A stretch of DNA of 61,051 bases, filler included, from Sphacelaria rigidula (GCA_964200075.2; 10 parts of 10 records of this genome joined end to end with filler, not necessarily neighbours in it); one strand, 5' to 3'. Positions 11,939-24,607 are shown, numbered from the whole stretch's first letter. Translations and numbers: made by a program. Notes: generated by a model from the letters alone, not told the origin.

Positions 11939-13680
11939 CGTCCTAGACGTGTTGGATACTTGTTTGAACAACGAACAACGGGTGGCTCGAGGGTGGGCGC
12001 GGGTCACTCCGGGGGAGGAGGTGACGAGTTCGATTCTCGGGCGTACCGTATATCCTCTTTTAAGGACCGACGCCCGGATGGGTAGGGTGACTCGTGTACA
12101 GAGTCAAGCTAGGGGACATTGTAGGAGGTTTGNNNNNNNNNNNNNNNNNNNNNNNNNNNNNNNNNNNNNNNNNNNNTTAATTAATTAANNNNNNNNNNNN
12201 NNNNNNNNNNNNNNNNNNNNNNNNNNNNNNNNGTTACAGTAGAACTTGGGTGCTCTTCAATAAAATATCTCAAACCATTATCCTGTGCCTGAGCCAAGGA
12301 ATATGTGGCACATTGAAGGGGGAGCAACGATAGACGAGGAGTGAGGAAGCATTCCCGATATCAACCTTGATGGGTTAACGCCCCCCTCATCACATACCCA
12401 GGACGCACTGTGGTAACTGTCTTCGAATGTGGAGTGGTGACACCACCAACTTGATCACAACTTTGGTCTTTGCCATTTTCTGAGTGGTTAGTACGCTTTC
12501 GGGACTTCAGCGCTTGAACGGGGCGGCTCACTCTTCCCGCCGCTCACCGAACACTTAATCACGATTCGCGCTCCGTATTAATTGCCACGGCGGTCCAGCC
12601 AAAGCCCGGAATATTCTGCCCCGGCTTGGCGGCGATTAAAGGTCTACCATGTAAATGACGTGGGTACCCCCTCTGAAAAGCAGAGGTCGCTTCGACAAAT
12701 AACGTGCATTGTCGCTCGCGTCAAGGTCGCCGTTGGCGATTTTAATTCATCTTTTCTCAGCTGTAACTGCTACTCTCCTCTTTCTTTGACTGTTCTCTTC
12801 CACGGGAATAAACCAGCTGCTCAGGGCTGTGATACAGTAGTGAACGTGGCGGAAACTACTGCCCCTCTGTGTGTTGATGGTTCTTTTTTTCGTTGAACTT
12901 TCTGTCTGAGTGTTTGTTTTTCTAGGTGTTTTTAGGGCTGTGAATGCATGATTCGAATTCCACGTATTGCAAGAAATGTCGGGATGTGATACGAAAAGCC
13001 GGTACATGTGTGTGACCAGTGTTGCGACACCCCCCCTCTGATTCGTGCAAATACTAAGTGTGGTCATCACGACAACACCAATAGTAATAGCATAAAAAAA
13101 ACAGTCTTCCTGCGTATTCGGCAGTCCTGCGGTCGACAGATTTACAAAGAGTAACAACCTCGTGTGGAGGACGGAATCCTCCAAAACTTCCTCCCGGGTG
13201 ATAGCGACACGGCGTCTCGTTTATCGGGGGATGTTTTACGCCGTCTGTTCCCCAGCATATAGGTTGTTTCCATTCTACCGGATTGTATATATTGCTTAGC
13301 GCGGACACCACTGGATACTCATCACCACGGAGCATGCCACTGCAACTTCGGTGCTCGCATCCATTCAAACCTCCCCGGGCTCCGGCCAGCTGTCAGCATC
13401 CGACTCCCCCTCGCTGTTCGCCACGCTACTATCTATCAGTACCGACAATATCATGAGAGAATTGAGAGCAGAGGTCGGGTGGCGATGAGGCCCACGCCAG
13501 TGGCCATCGACGGCATCGTCGGGAGCCTATCGGAAACTGGCTCCTGCGGAAAACTGGAGAAGTACTTCCACCTCTCTCTTTCGTGGATACAACGGTAGCG
13601 CCGGGAACAGGAATGAGGCCGATGGGAAGCATGAGTGAAGCTACCATGGATATCAACACCAAATCTTACAATTTCGGGAT

Positions 13681-14073
13681 GGATCTTTTACTGGGGATGA
13701 GAAACCCGGAGAATTGAGATCTTCGTATCCCCACCAAATCTTCGAAATATGGTTTTATTTCCTCACCTACCCATTGCTTTTGACAAATGCTACACGCCAT
13801 AGAAATTTGGATTTCGATCACCGAAAGTTTGGGATCCTATGTGAAAAACCTTGTTGGGAATCATTTTGGCGTCCGTTCGGACACCCGAAATTCCCCAAGA
13901 TTTATTTTCCACCCAGGAACCCAAAATTTCGGTGGTCGAAATCCAAATTTCTATGGCGTGTAGCAGTTGTCAATAGCTCTCAATCGGTGAAGAAATGGAA
14001 CCATTTTTCGAAGGTTTGGTGTGGGTACGAAGATTTTGATTCTCCGGGTTTCCATCCCCAATTTATAAGATCC
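13681..14073. mobile_element. Foldback/MITE-like element with ~160-bp imperfect terminal inverted repeats
   Basis: 13681-13838 is the reverse complement of 13915-14073 (e.g. tgctacacgccatagaaatttggatttcga vs tcgaaatccaaatttctatggcgtgtagca). No TSD recognised. Confidence 0.8.
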
Positions 14074-14839
14074 CGTGTTTATCGGGCGACACCGACGCTG
14101 ACGAACGGCAGCACCGCCCGAGCTTTATAAATAAGACACGCCGAACAACCATCACAAGTTGTCCAAATTAGAAGAACGTCCCGCCCTCACCTCAATCGAT
14201 GACGCGGGGAAAATCCGCAACAACCGCTCGTGTTTCACACCCGCATAGCTGTACCCTTTCCCCACCTAACCTTCCCCCCAACCCCCACCCCCAACCTAAC
14301 CTGCATGGCAACCGACCCCGATCGCAGAACATGCACTGTACCTGACTCCGAATCCTCTTCGTCCGACTGCCAATCGGTCACACGCGGGATCAAACCCCCA
14401 GATTCGCTGCCGCCACCTGCGAAGCGCACGCGTTGATCACTGTTAGACTCCTGAGGATCATGCACTGTACACATTTGTTGCTGAGTTATTTCCGGCGATA
14501 TTTTGGCACCAGGCCGACCAACATGACATTCGCGAGCAGTGTCAATAAAGAAACCGACGCTGTATACGTAAGGTCTACGTGTGCGTCATCAACAGCCTCC
14601 GACAGCGCGGTGCCTCAGTGCACATATGTGTACATCTCCCACTTTACAACCCACGCCACCACCCCCCCCCCCCGCACGGCAACATCGACACCCGCAGCTG
14701 TACTCACATAAGTACGCCGAATCTACGCATGAGGGTGGCACTTCATTCACCGCCCGAAGGCCCCGACACCCCCGGTATAGCACCCGCTGGACGCCCCGTT
14801 GAGCTCATCGCAGCCGCCGCGTCATCCGTGCCCATCTCG

Positions 14840-17800
14840 GGTACTCCGCACACACCGTTGCAGCCGCAATATCCATAGACACTTACCCCTCTTTCCACAG
14901 CTGCAGTTCTTGCATTTGTGTCTCGCGCCCGTCTCCGGTTCACACTGGCACTTCAGGAACCTCACTCGCCCTTTCTGCATCAGCAGAGCATGCGGCGACA
15001 GTCTGAACACCACATTCATTTCCGTCAATGCCGCTCTATCGTCGCCGTCACTTGTACACCGCCCGCGGCCTTCGAACGACGTGCAAGGTGTGTGTAACCG
15101 GAGGGCTCCTTACCAATATTCCAAGACGGCATCTGCTCTGAACACGTGGAGCTCCAGCGCATCCCACCTCGCGCAGTTCTTTTTACCCGCTGCGGCAGCA
15201 CCTGCTGCCCATTTTTCGCTCTCACAGACGGCTTCGTACACTCTGTCGACCAGGATAAAGTCTACCGCTCCCTTCCCCTTTTTTGCCGGACTTGAACATC
15301 CACCGTGTCGATGCCCTTCCACGGTATAACATCGATTGTCATAGCCAACAGCACACACATCACCTGATATGTACCTATGGATGTCACAATCCATTTCTGC
15401 AGGAGACCAACGGTCGCGCAATTAGCGTGTTGCACAATTATGTGAGTCGTGGCCAGCTCCCACTCACCGATCTGGGCCCCAGTTCCACGCTTCGGGTCGC
15501 CATGCCCCCAAACCAGTGCATCCGGTGCACCGTGGAGGTGACTGGCGGCAGTTCTCCCCCGCCCCTCTCCTATGGAACCGACGCCGCTGTCACCAGCAGA
15601 GACGCTGCTGCTACCCACCCCATGTAACGGAAGTACCATGTCGGCTCTACGCGCCGCCGAGTCTGTTCGGCCGTCCCCGTTTCGGTATTGCCGATAACCA
15701 TTGTCACAGGTGGGGCGCAGGAGGCAGCGCCTGGCCCAACGCTGGTGGCCTCGCCGGCTGAGTACCGCCGGACGGGATTATTTGCTACAATACCCGCAAC
15801 CACGTTCACGCTACGCGTGCGTAGCACTTGCGAGGCTGAGGTCCGAGCGGCGCCGCCAGAGACCGGCCCATGTATGACACTGGTCCCGACGATGCCCTGG
15901 CAAATGGGGCTGGCGACGGAGGTCACGCCCTCGGCAGGTATACCTCCTGTTATACCCTCGGCGCTTGGCGGGACGTTTTCCCCGTCGGGCGCTGCGCCCA
16001 TGACCGGATGTCTATATGTTGAAGAAGGTTGTCGGGGGGCCATCTGGTCGACTGACGGCGGAGTACCTACTAACCTGGGCAGGAGAGGGTGCAGTTGAGG
16101 AGGTCATGATACGCCTGTTAAGATGAATGTGGCATCTCCCCTGCGGCCTTTACCGTCTCCGTGCCCGAAAAAGCACCTAACAGATAGCCGCGGCAATATC
16201 GCCCCTGTCATTGTGCGCGCGGAGATATGCCTGAAAGTCGCCGCCCGTCGGAATGGCGACACAGGAGGCGGGATCGAACAGCCCATGTGAACCCGAGAGG
16301 GCGGCGTTTCGGTCGGCTTGTTCTGCGGATATAATCGGCGGCACGAGTGGCGAGTAGTTATAGCATAAGCCCACGAACGTGCCCCTGAACAACCGATACT
16401 CGATTAGGATTCCATCACTGAATTCCGGCAGAAGCGCCACCGCACCGGCGATGAGGATGCTGGCCGGGGGTGTCCAGTGGAGTTCCGTCGCCAAGTCAAT
16501 AACAGAGGCGTCAACTGAGTGATGTGACGAAGGTTGGACTGCGTCCGCACACTCGCGGAGCATGAATTGTCGAATCTTCTTTGCCTCACTCGCTTTGCGG
16601 CCACCCCCGTCGCCGGCGTGTGCAATCGCCAGAGGAAACACCGCACCAAGGCTGTGCTTCAGTCTCGCGAGTTCCTCCGCCGTTCGCGCGCGCGTACTGT
16701 AGAAGACGTCGGCGAGAATCGCGTGAAATTGTTTCCCCTAGAGGCTCAAGTCTTTGTAGCTCTTCTGCAGCGTACGTTTCCTTTCTGACTTCATTGGCAC
16801 TTTCGTGGTCATATTCTGCGCCCTGAACACAGGGAAAGTGGTCGTCTTCCGCCGTCCTCAGTGCGGACCCCCCATCGCCACCACCTGGAGAACCTCCTGC
16901 CATCTCTCCAACGATGTCTCTTCGCCGCCAACATTTTCACCCGGTCGGCTTTGTTCGCCACCACGAGACTGAAAGGCATCAACGTATCAGCCCCCTCCTG
17001 TGAGAAGACGGTGCACTTGCGCACGAATGGCAACACCTTCTTGACCGCCTCCGTCCTATCCCTGATCAGACCCGCCGTGCCGCTGCGCTCCTTCGGCGTA
17101 CGATACAGCTGATCCTCCGATGCTTCCATGACTGCTTTCTGGCTTTCCCAAATGGGAGCCAACTTCTTCATGAAGTCGGGAGTGATCCTGCCGGTCGATG
17201 ATTTCACCACCCTATTCGCCATCTCCTGATACTCGTCGAGGGCGACGTTGTGATGCTCTCGCCCACCAAAACTGCTCGAGAATAGCGTCCCCGCCGCGCG
17301 AAAGTCCTCGTCCGCCATCCTTGTCACATGCGATATGTGAGTCGCGCACAGCCGCTGATACCGCAGTTTCTGGGTGAGGGTGAAGATGGGCGCGGCCTTT
17401 CGAAGTTCCGCAGTCCTTAGCTTGTAATCAGCCACTCGAGTGCCCACCCGAAACCCCAAGTATGCCGGGTAGTGATCGAGGAGGGATGGCAGCCAAAATC
17501 TCAGCGTTACATGGTTCACGGCTCTTTTCCGGAGCCACGACACCACATTATCCCCGTCACGGTGGAGTCAACACCATTGCCCGCTTCGTGTATCTCACGG
17601 CTTGCGTCAACCCCGTTGTCCGCCTCGTCTACGTCGCGGGTTGCATCAACAACGTTCTCCGCTTCGTATATCTCCACGATCACACACCACATGGCTTCGA
17701 ACGTAACGGTGAGGAAATGATGACTCCTCCGTTGCTTCTTCTCCGCCCCCAGGTACTTGTCGTCGCCACCGAGCAATTGTGCAGTGCTCTCGATTCCTAC

Positions 17801-18248
17801 ATCCCAATACAAGTACAGCAGAGCCTGCGACAGGTGGAGCATGAGATGCCACCCGCCAGGGTGGGTACCATATTGCGTCATCTCCTGGAGTTTGACGCAA
17901 TGGCGGTCACCAAGTAGCTGTACGTCTCCTCATCCCCCTCGAACAAAGCCACCCGGTCCGACACACCGTCGGCGTGGCAAACCCGCAAATACCGCTCCAG
18001 TGTCTTCTCGTTGTCAGCTTTGCACTTTGTCGACCCCGATTGGACAAACGGATTCTTCGATACGACATCGCCCCGCCAATCATCCGATCCCTCACACTTT
18101 TTACGATACCCCCCCCCCCCAACACCAGCTAAAAGCGTCACGAAAAAATGGCCATACAGCGCTCCATGTTTGGGTTCAGGCTGCATGACGCGCCTCATAT
18201 TGGCGACATTGGCTAGAACAAACCCAAGCGTGGGAATTCCCAGCTTCT
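14840..18248 (-). mobile_element. Decayed Academ(X)-like DNA transposon coding region: transposase, XPG/PIN-like nuclease remnant, Cys-rich finger
   Basis: Collinear minus-strand fragments: LFEGDEETY, PGGWHLMLHL, KLRYQRLCATHI..., NVALDEYQEMANRVVK, FPLAIA...GGGRKASEAKKIRQF, SVIDLATELHWTPP, then CQC...CKNCSCGKRG/YCGCNGVC. Several frameshifts; cut by the contig end. Confidence 0.65.
17567..17673 (-). repeat. Three 39-bp coding repeats within the transposase
   Basis: EIYEAENVVDATR / DVDEADNGVDASR / EIHEAGNGVDSTV. Confidence 0.75.
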
Positions 18249-18348
18249 NNNNNNNNNNNNNNNNNNNNNNNNNNNNNNNNNNNNNNNNNNNNTTAATTAA
18301 TTAANNNNNNNNNNNNNNNNNNNNNNNNNNNNNNNNNNNNNNNNNNNN

Positions 18349-18490
18349 ACGGTTTTCCCCGATTTTTCGGCAAAAATCGGGGAAAACCGTTCCGAGATCG
18401 TGACCCCCGATTTTTTCGGCCCCGATGTGGCCCAAATCGGTGTCCATAAAATGCGTTCCCCGATTTTTTTCCCCCGATTTTGAAAAAATC
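18349..18490. repeat. Perfect hairpin plus CCCCGATTTTT subrepeats, probable TE subterminal region
   Basis: ACGGTTTTCCCCGATTTTT-cggc-AAAAATCGGGGAAAACCGT, followed by three more ccc(c)gatttt motifs. Confidence 0.65.
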
Positions 18491-20045
18491 AAGATTCGTG
18501 CTTGCCATAAAAGTGGGTCTTACTACTGCCGTCAATGCAGCCAGTAAGTAGATAAGCCAAACAGTGCCCTGCGAACGTAATGGGCCATCTTGAACTACTC
18601 TATACTGTTGTAGCGAGAAGTGACCCACATCCGTGCACTCTTGTTTTTCGCACAGAAAGTGTAGAGAAAACACTCTTACACGTGCGAGTCACGCGACTCA
18701 ACACCCTCTGATATCCCGCGATACCTCGCGGCCCAATTCGACAGTCCAGGGTAGCTTGACTGTGCCCCTTTCACACGCATGAAATCACTCCTGGCGGGAA
18801 AAGTCTAGATATTCAGACGCAGAAGGGAAAAGGAGAAGTCGTCACCCGAGAAACATCATGTGCCGCATGCCTCACTCACCATGCGAACGCGTTCTCTCAT
18901 ATATTTACTGCTTTGACGTCCTGTTCAAAATTGCGCTCTCCTGGACCAGACTGTACTGTTGTACTGTTCTCGATCGCGATACTGTCTCGTATACTGAGTT
19001 GTCCGTACTGTTGTACGGACGGCAGTAGTGGTCGCGCGCGTTGTCCACGGTCAATAACCGCCACCGACTAAAAGCCGTGCACCCCCGCACCCTCCCGCTC
19101 TCTGCTTTCCCAACAACAGGCCGCCGCGCATCCACGGACAGACACGGCTGGCATGAAGTTGCATCGACAACTATAATACAATTTTCTGCTACTGTACTGT
19201 ACAGGTTCACGCTCACCACCCAAAATTGTGTCATCAGCAAATGCCTCTCGCAATACCTACCGAATAGTCGCATACGTGACCTAACCCTAACATCCTAGCA
19301 TACTGACTGCCGTGGACAGGTGAGGAGCGTGACATAGCCGGATTTGTGTGTAAGACCATAGTGGTAGCGCCAAGTGCGAAAAGATATCGACCAACCAGCA
19401 CCCGTTAAATTGTTCCGAGATCAAAATTGTTAATTCGAAGCCTAATTTTCACCCAGTAATCTCCACGTGCTTCAAATGGTAGTAACCGTCATCAGCTTGG
19501 GAATCTAATGAAAACATCATATATAATTTAAAACGGTTACGACGGGGGTCGAATGATACCCGAAACCGTGATGTTTCGGTGATGTCTGGTGTTGGCGTCG
19601 CCTAATTTCCACGTATGATACGCACGAAAAACCCAGGGAGCCTCGTAACAGTGTCCCCTATATCTGTTGTAGAAAAGCTCAGATTGCCCTCAAACTTGGC
19701 AGTTCCGTAGGTATCAATGCCCCCACTGGAAAAGTTGTCCTGCCTTCTTGACAATATTTCATGGTGTCTCGGTTCTCTACCGGCTTCCGCGGGTCCCAGT
19801 ATTAAGACCCCCGAAAGGCGGTACAGAATGCCCCAAAAGAAACGTAATGAAATCATGCGTCCTGGGATAATCCAAGGAACACATGTACAGAGTTTGGAGG
19901 AGAAACTCGAGAACCTCATGAAGTTTTCCTTGCCTTGACGTGAAATGAACCCAAAAAGACGTTTCCATACTAGAACCAAGTAGTTAGAATTTGCACGTTT
20001 CAAGCCCAGGTCCTCCACAAACGTGCAAACCTTCACGCCGTTATT

Positions 20046-20690
20046 AGGAGTTAGACCCTGAAACTTTCCACAAATATGCTATGTGTCATTACGCAACTTT
20101 CCATGGACGAGGTTTTTATAATTGTTGCGTTTCCCCCCATTTTTCGGGGGTCCGACGGGATCCAAGTCGTTTTTCGAAGTGGTTTCCATTCTGGGACCTC
20201 GGAAAACCGGCACCACGATATATTTTCTTCACTTTTCCGTGAACGACCTGTCGCCGCATAAACGAAGGGACGGCCTGAAAAATTTCGTCGCAACAATCTC
20301 GATCAACGGATGCTTGAATGTTCATGTTCACGTCGAAGAAGGCCCAAAAACGCCGTTTTCGTACTAAAATCAAGTAGTGTGCGGTTTCACCGCGGCACGT
20401 CGAAGTTCATCGCACAAAAGCGAAAAATCTCTCGCCGATTCAAGGAGTTAGACCCTGAAATTTTGCACAACTGTGCTTTGGGTCATTACGCAACTTTGGA
20501 TGAACGAGTTGTTTTGAGTTGTTTTTTTTTCATCGTTTTACGATGGTCCGATTGGATCGATGTTTCCCCGAAAAAATTGGGACCCCCGAAAAACGGCGAA
20601 ATTTTTCAAGAAGTCGAAAAAGCTCGACCTTCGAAAGTTGCGTAATGCGCCATTGAACATATTTTCCAAAATTCAGGGTCCCACTCCTTA
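20046..20690. repeat. Internally repeated non-coding TE-like segment
   Basis: aggagttagaccctgaaa...gtcattacgcaacttt occurs at ~20046 and ~20443 (direct) and inverted at ~20635-20690. Confidence 0.6.
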
Positions 20691-21409
20691 AAACGGCGTG
20701 AGGTTTTGCCGATGAGTGTTTTTTGGGTGATAAACTGAACCAGCGTGTATGGACAAATAGAACAAGTCCGAAATCTCGCCGGCCATAAGTATTTTCAAGT
20801 ATCTGTGAGGACTTCGGGGGCGCGAGGGCAAAGGTCAGAGCAATCGCGGAGCGCTTCAAAGTGAGAGGGCAAAGTCATTTCGGGGTGTGCATATAATGGG
20901 TCGCAGAGTGCTGTGCCCACCCCAGATCTAAAGGGATGATTGAGAGGAAGGATAGATCAGACCAAAGAAATCAGCGAAATGATTGAGGTGCCTCTCCTCC
21001 AACGGGGACTGTCCAGCGGACCGCCACCCGACGACCCCGAAGGCTAAGGCTGACGACACGCCGTGCAGTATCTCCATCCATGGTTCGCACTTGGCTGAAC
21101 GGAAATTGGCTGCAAGCGCACAAGATCCTACAGCACAGTTGTCCACGGTGCTATTGAGGTACGCAGCTTTGCACCCTGAAAACAAATCTACAGCTTCAAA
21201 CCTGCACCTATTGCAGGACATCAACCGTCTTTCTGCTGATTGTACGCGGTACAAACCGAAACAGTGCACCGTATTTCTTCCCCACTGTTGAAAAAAATAG
21301 ATTCGTTGTTGTCTTCGTCACCTAGGAACCAAAAAACAATTCTTCCCCGCTCCCGACCCCACCCCCGCCTCCGCCCTCCACCCCTCGCCCTGTGCGCTGA
21401 CCCCGTGTC

Positions 21410-21451
21410 TTACAGAAGTAACGGTAGAACAGTGCTCACGCCGGATTCCAC
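21410..21451 (-). CDS. Sirtuin probable terminal exon
   Basis: ctttcatcggcag|VESGVSTVLPLLL-TAA; in phase, and resembles the K.E...S.VLP.L ending of sirtuins. Confidence 0.65.
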   Translation of the reverse strand: MESGVSTVLPLLL

Positions 21452-22423
21452 CTGCCGATGAAAGCGCAGCGGAGAAGACGACGGTCAGACGAGCGGATTG
21501 GATGCAAAGCGGGACAGTGAGAGCATCACTTCCTTTATTCGGGTTTGACAAGGCGTGTGCTGTTGTCAAGTTTTGCACATCTTGGTACTGGGCCATGGGA
21601 CCACCATCCCGTCGCGAGCATGGAGTACTGTTCTCACTACTACTGTAAAGCAATCGGCGATGTCTAACCGCCCCTCCTCACCTTACCGAAGGTGGCTTTT
21701 GAAGGCTTTGCCTTCCACCCACCCATTTTTCTAGAGCACACTCTTGCCTTCGCGGCTATTTCTATATCCCCTCTGGTACTGCTGAGGCGTTCCGGTGTTC
21801 TTAGAATAAGCAGCGACAAGGGGGGGAAGGAGTGGGTGAATTGAAAGGCAACGATAAGGCCGCGCGTACTGCCATACTTTTCTGTACTTTCTGTCGTCAT
21901 CCACTGAGCACTAGAGCTGCTCCTCGTTTTGCGCAAGACGACACTCGCGCTAGCTACAGCATCATAGATCCTTGTACTGTTGTCCTGGCCTGTTCGCTAT
22001 GCGGAATCATGTAGTTTCCCTACTTTGGCCTTTTTGGTTTCCCATTGCCCACGTACCATGTAGCCCACGATTCCTCGTCTTATTTTTAGTTTATTCTTTC
22101 GAGCCCTGCGTACTTTTTTCGTGGGTTTTATTTCAAAGACGTGTGTGTAGAACCTCACCCTTCGGACCGCCGTGTTCTCCTGTTCGCGGGCGTACTATTT
22201 ATTTTTCCGTTTGTTGTATCTTTGTTGTGGCATGGCCTTGTGGCCGCAGGCGCTAGATATCTGGAAAAAGGCTAACGAGAGAAATAACAACAACAACAAC
22301 AACAAAAACAAAAACAAAAACAACACGGATACCATTGCCCCATAGTAGAATGCCCACTGTTCCTCCCTTTGCAAGGTGGGGGCATTTTTCACCTTTTCAC
22401 GTGAACATGAATGCGAGACGACA

Positions 22424-22720
22424 CCCGGTGGTGTAATGGTCCGACCGTCGCCGTTAGGATGCAGAGAACGGGGGTTCGATTCCCGATGCATTGAGTTTTT
22501 TCTTCGTAATGTATGATTTTCACCGTGGAAAGCGTGAGAACGTGAGTAAACAGAGTAGTCGACTGGATTTGTGTGACGTGAGTTGACGCGGTGCGGGAGT
22601 GCTGAACCAATCCGCGAGACCAGAATGAAAGGCACGTACCGGGGGAGATATGGGTTGATACTTTGAGACCACGGACTCATCATGAGGAAGGGGAGGGGTT
22701 CGAAGTGTGAGGAAACAAAA
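22424..22720 (+). mobile_element. tRNA-derived SINE, family A (in a sirtuin intron)
   Basis: A-box TGGTGTAATGG, B-box GGTTCGATTCC, and a body homologous to 57095-57394. Confidence 0.75.
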
Positions 22721-22794
22721 TTTCTCGACTCCGATATGCATTATTCTTTTGTTTCCATGAGGCATGTTTTGGCGGGTAGCTTCTGGTCATTCGA

Positions 22795-23085
22795 GAGAAA
22801 CAAGGTTTTCGCGAGATTGAGAGTAGAGCGCTGATCGAGAGTGGCGTTGATCATTCGCTTTAACTCCGCCAACTTCTCATTCCGTCTGTGCTTTTCTCTG
22901 CCCCTATCACTGACGTGTGCTTACAGCTACACGTCGATTTCAAGGGCCTTAGTGGCAAGCTACTACAGAAAGCATATCGGGCCTCGAGGAGGATCATTTC
23001 GGAACTGAAATTATTATTTCACTAATTGACCGCTTTTCACTCTCGATCGCATCTTCTACTCTCAATCTCACGAAAACATTGTTGA
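22795..23085. mobile_element. MITE-like element with ~60-bp imperfect TIRs
   Basis: gttttcgcgagattgagagtagag..gatcgagagtg pairs with cactctcgatc..tctactctcaatctcacgaaaac. Confidence 0.6.
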
Positions 23086-23177
23086 GAGCAAAACAAAACG
23101 TCACGAGACGTCATCGGACGCCAAAGAATAGTGGTGATTACAACGACATTTTAAGGCGAAGTGAAGGAAGATCTCGC

Positions 23178-23288
23178 CTTAAGAATCTGCAATCCAGACG
23201 TCTCCGCGCGGGTGCGCCCCTGGTTGATCACCACCACCCGCTTCCCCGCTTTTGCGGCTCGTTCCACCAGCCGGAACGCGGAGTAAAC
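23178..23288 (-). CDS. Sirtuin penultimate exon (absent from the ORF track)
   Basis: cag|VYSAFRLVERAAKAGKRVVVINQGRTRAETSGLQILK|gcgag; continues GSSLQ-VYSAFRL and carries the N.G.TRA motif typical of class II sirtuins; 111 bp. Confidence 0.9.
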
Positions 23289-23588
23289 CTGAAACGCGAA
23301 GTAGAAGATTTGATTATTTCGGCATGTGCCATGGATAATCCATGGTAATTCCCATCAGCACCCCCACAGTACTCGCCAATCAAATCTCCAAAAGCAAACT
23401 GCAAACCAACAATATACTCCGAATATATACAGAGCAGAGCAGAAGAAAAAGAGGCAACACAACACCGCGGGCATCAACAGGGCACAAACTAATCATGAGC
23501 GTACGTGACGAGCAAAAACAAAAGAGTACGACGTAAGATAACTTGGCTCTCCTCCCATCAGCCACTTCTCCTCATGTTTCATCACCAC

Positions 23589-23696
23589 CTGCAGTGACGA
23601 TCCAGCGACCAAAAGCACTTCTGATTCGTCCACCATGCTGTACGTATCTTCGACCCTCGAGCGAGGTATGCTATCCCCGAAAAAGACAACGCTCGG
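23589..23696 (-). CDS. Sirtuin (SIRT4/plant SRT2 class) internal exon
   Basis: cag|PSVVFFGDSIPRSRVEDTYSMVDESEVLLVAGSSLQ|gt; sirtuin P.VV.FG and GSSL motifs; 108 bp, phase 0/0. Confidence 0.92.
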
Positions 23697-24076
23697 CTGC
23701 CCTCTCGGAGTAATGCCGTGAGCGCGCCAAACACCGCAAAAGACACACACATACACACACCAACAAGCACAATCATCAAAACTTTATGAACAAGCTTTAA
23801 ATTCGAGTGACGACGAAGGATACAGAAGGCACACGGTGCTTGTGCGCTTGCCACAGCTGCGTGGGTGAAGAAGGTTCGTGTCCGCCGATCATGCGGCGGT
23901 GCTGTACTGCCAAGAAAGGTTCCGTATTTCTCTACAGAGTTTTTCTCGGAACTGTCCCGGGGGTAATTGTCACCGTGGTTTGTTGCGGTATATGGGAGAG
24001 AGTCGTAGTTCAACTCGAATTTGCAAAATTCAGCTTCGTACCGTACCTCGGTATCACGAAATCATATTTATAATGC

Positions 24077-24180
24077 ACCCTGATGGTGTAGTGGTCCGAC
24101 TGTTGATGTCAGGGTGGATAGATCGTGGGTTCGTTCCCCGATGCGTTGACTTTTGATTTGTTATTGATGTTGTTGTTGTT

Positions 24181-24232
<52 letters not shown>
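24077..24232 (+). mobile_element. Truncated family A SINE head followed by (GTT)n microsatellite
   Basis: atggtgtagtggtccgac...gggttcgttccccgatgc, then a GTT run at ~24168-24231. Confidence 0.7.
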
Positions 24233-24607
24233 GTCGCACTTTGAATCCCTCACCTTCCTCGGGACAAGTCCGTGGTCTCAAGGGATCAACCCATCTCTTG
24301 CTCCGTCTCGAAAAGGATGCGTGGTCAATGGTCAAACGACTAAGGCAAGCGACAAATGAGTACNNNNNNNNNNNNNNNNNNNNNNNNNNNNNNNNNNNNN
24401 NNNNNNNTTAATTAATTAANNNNNNNNNNNNNNNNNNNNNNNNNNNNNNNNNNNNNNNNNNNNTCCGCATTGGCACAAAGACGGTACGAAGGAAGTTGCT
24501 CGGCATTTTAGGGCTACAGAACACAACCTTGAAGAATTCCACCTGAGTGTAGGGGGGAAAGGGGGCAGTAAAGAGCGCACCAGCCTATCGATGGCAAAAA
24601 CACACAC

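Noticed and set aside
22424..22500. Functional tRNA genes at the A/B-box sites (also 24077, 26317, 39945, 42612, 57320)
   Set aside because: I could not fold convincing cloverleaves, and the heads are attached to shared non-tRNA bodies, as expected for SINEs.
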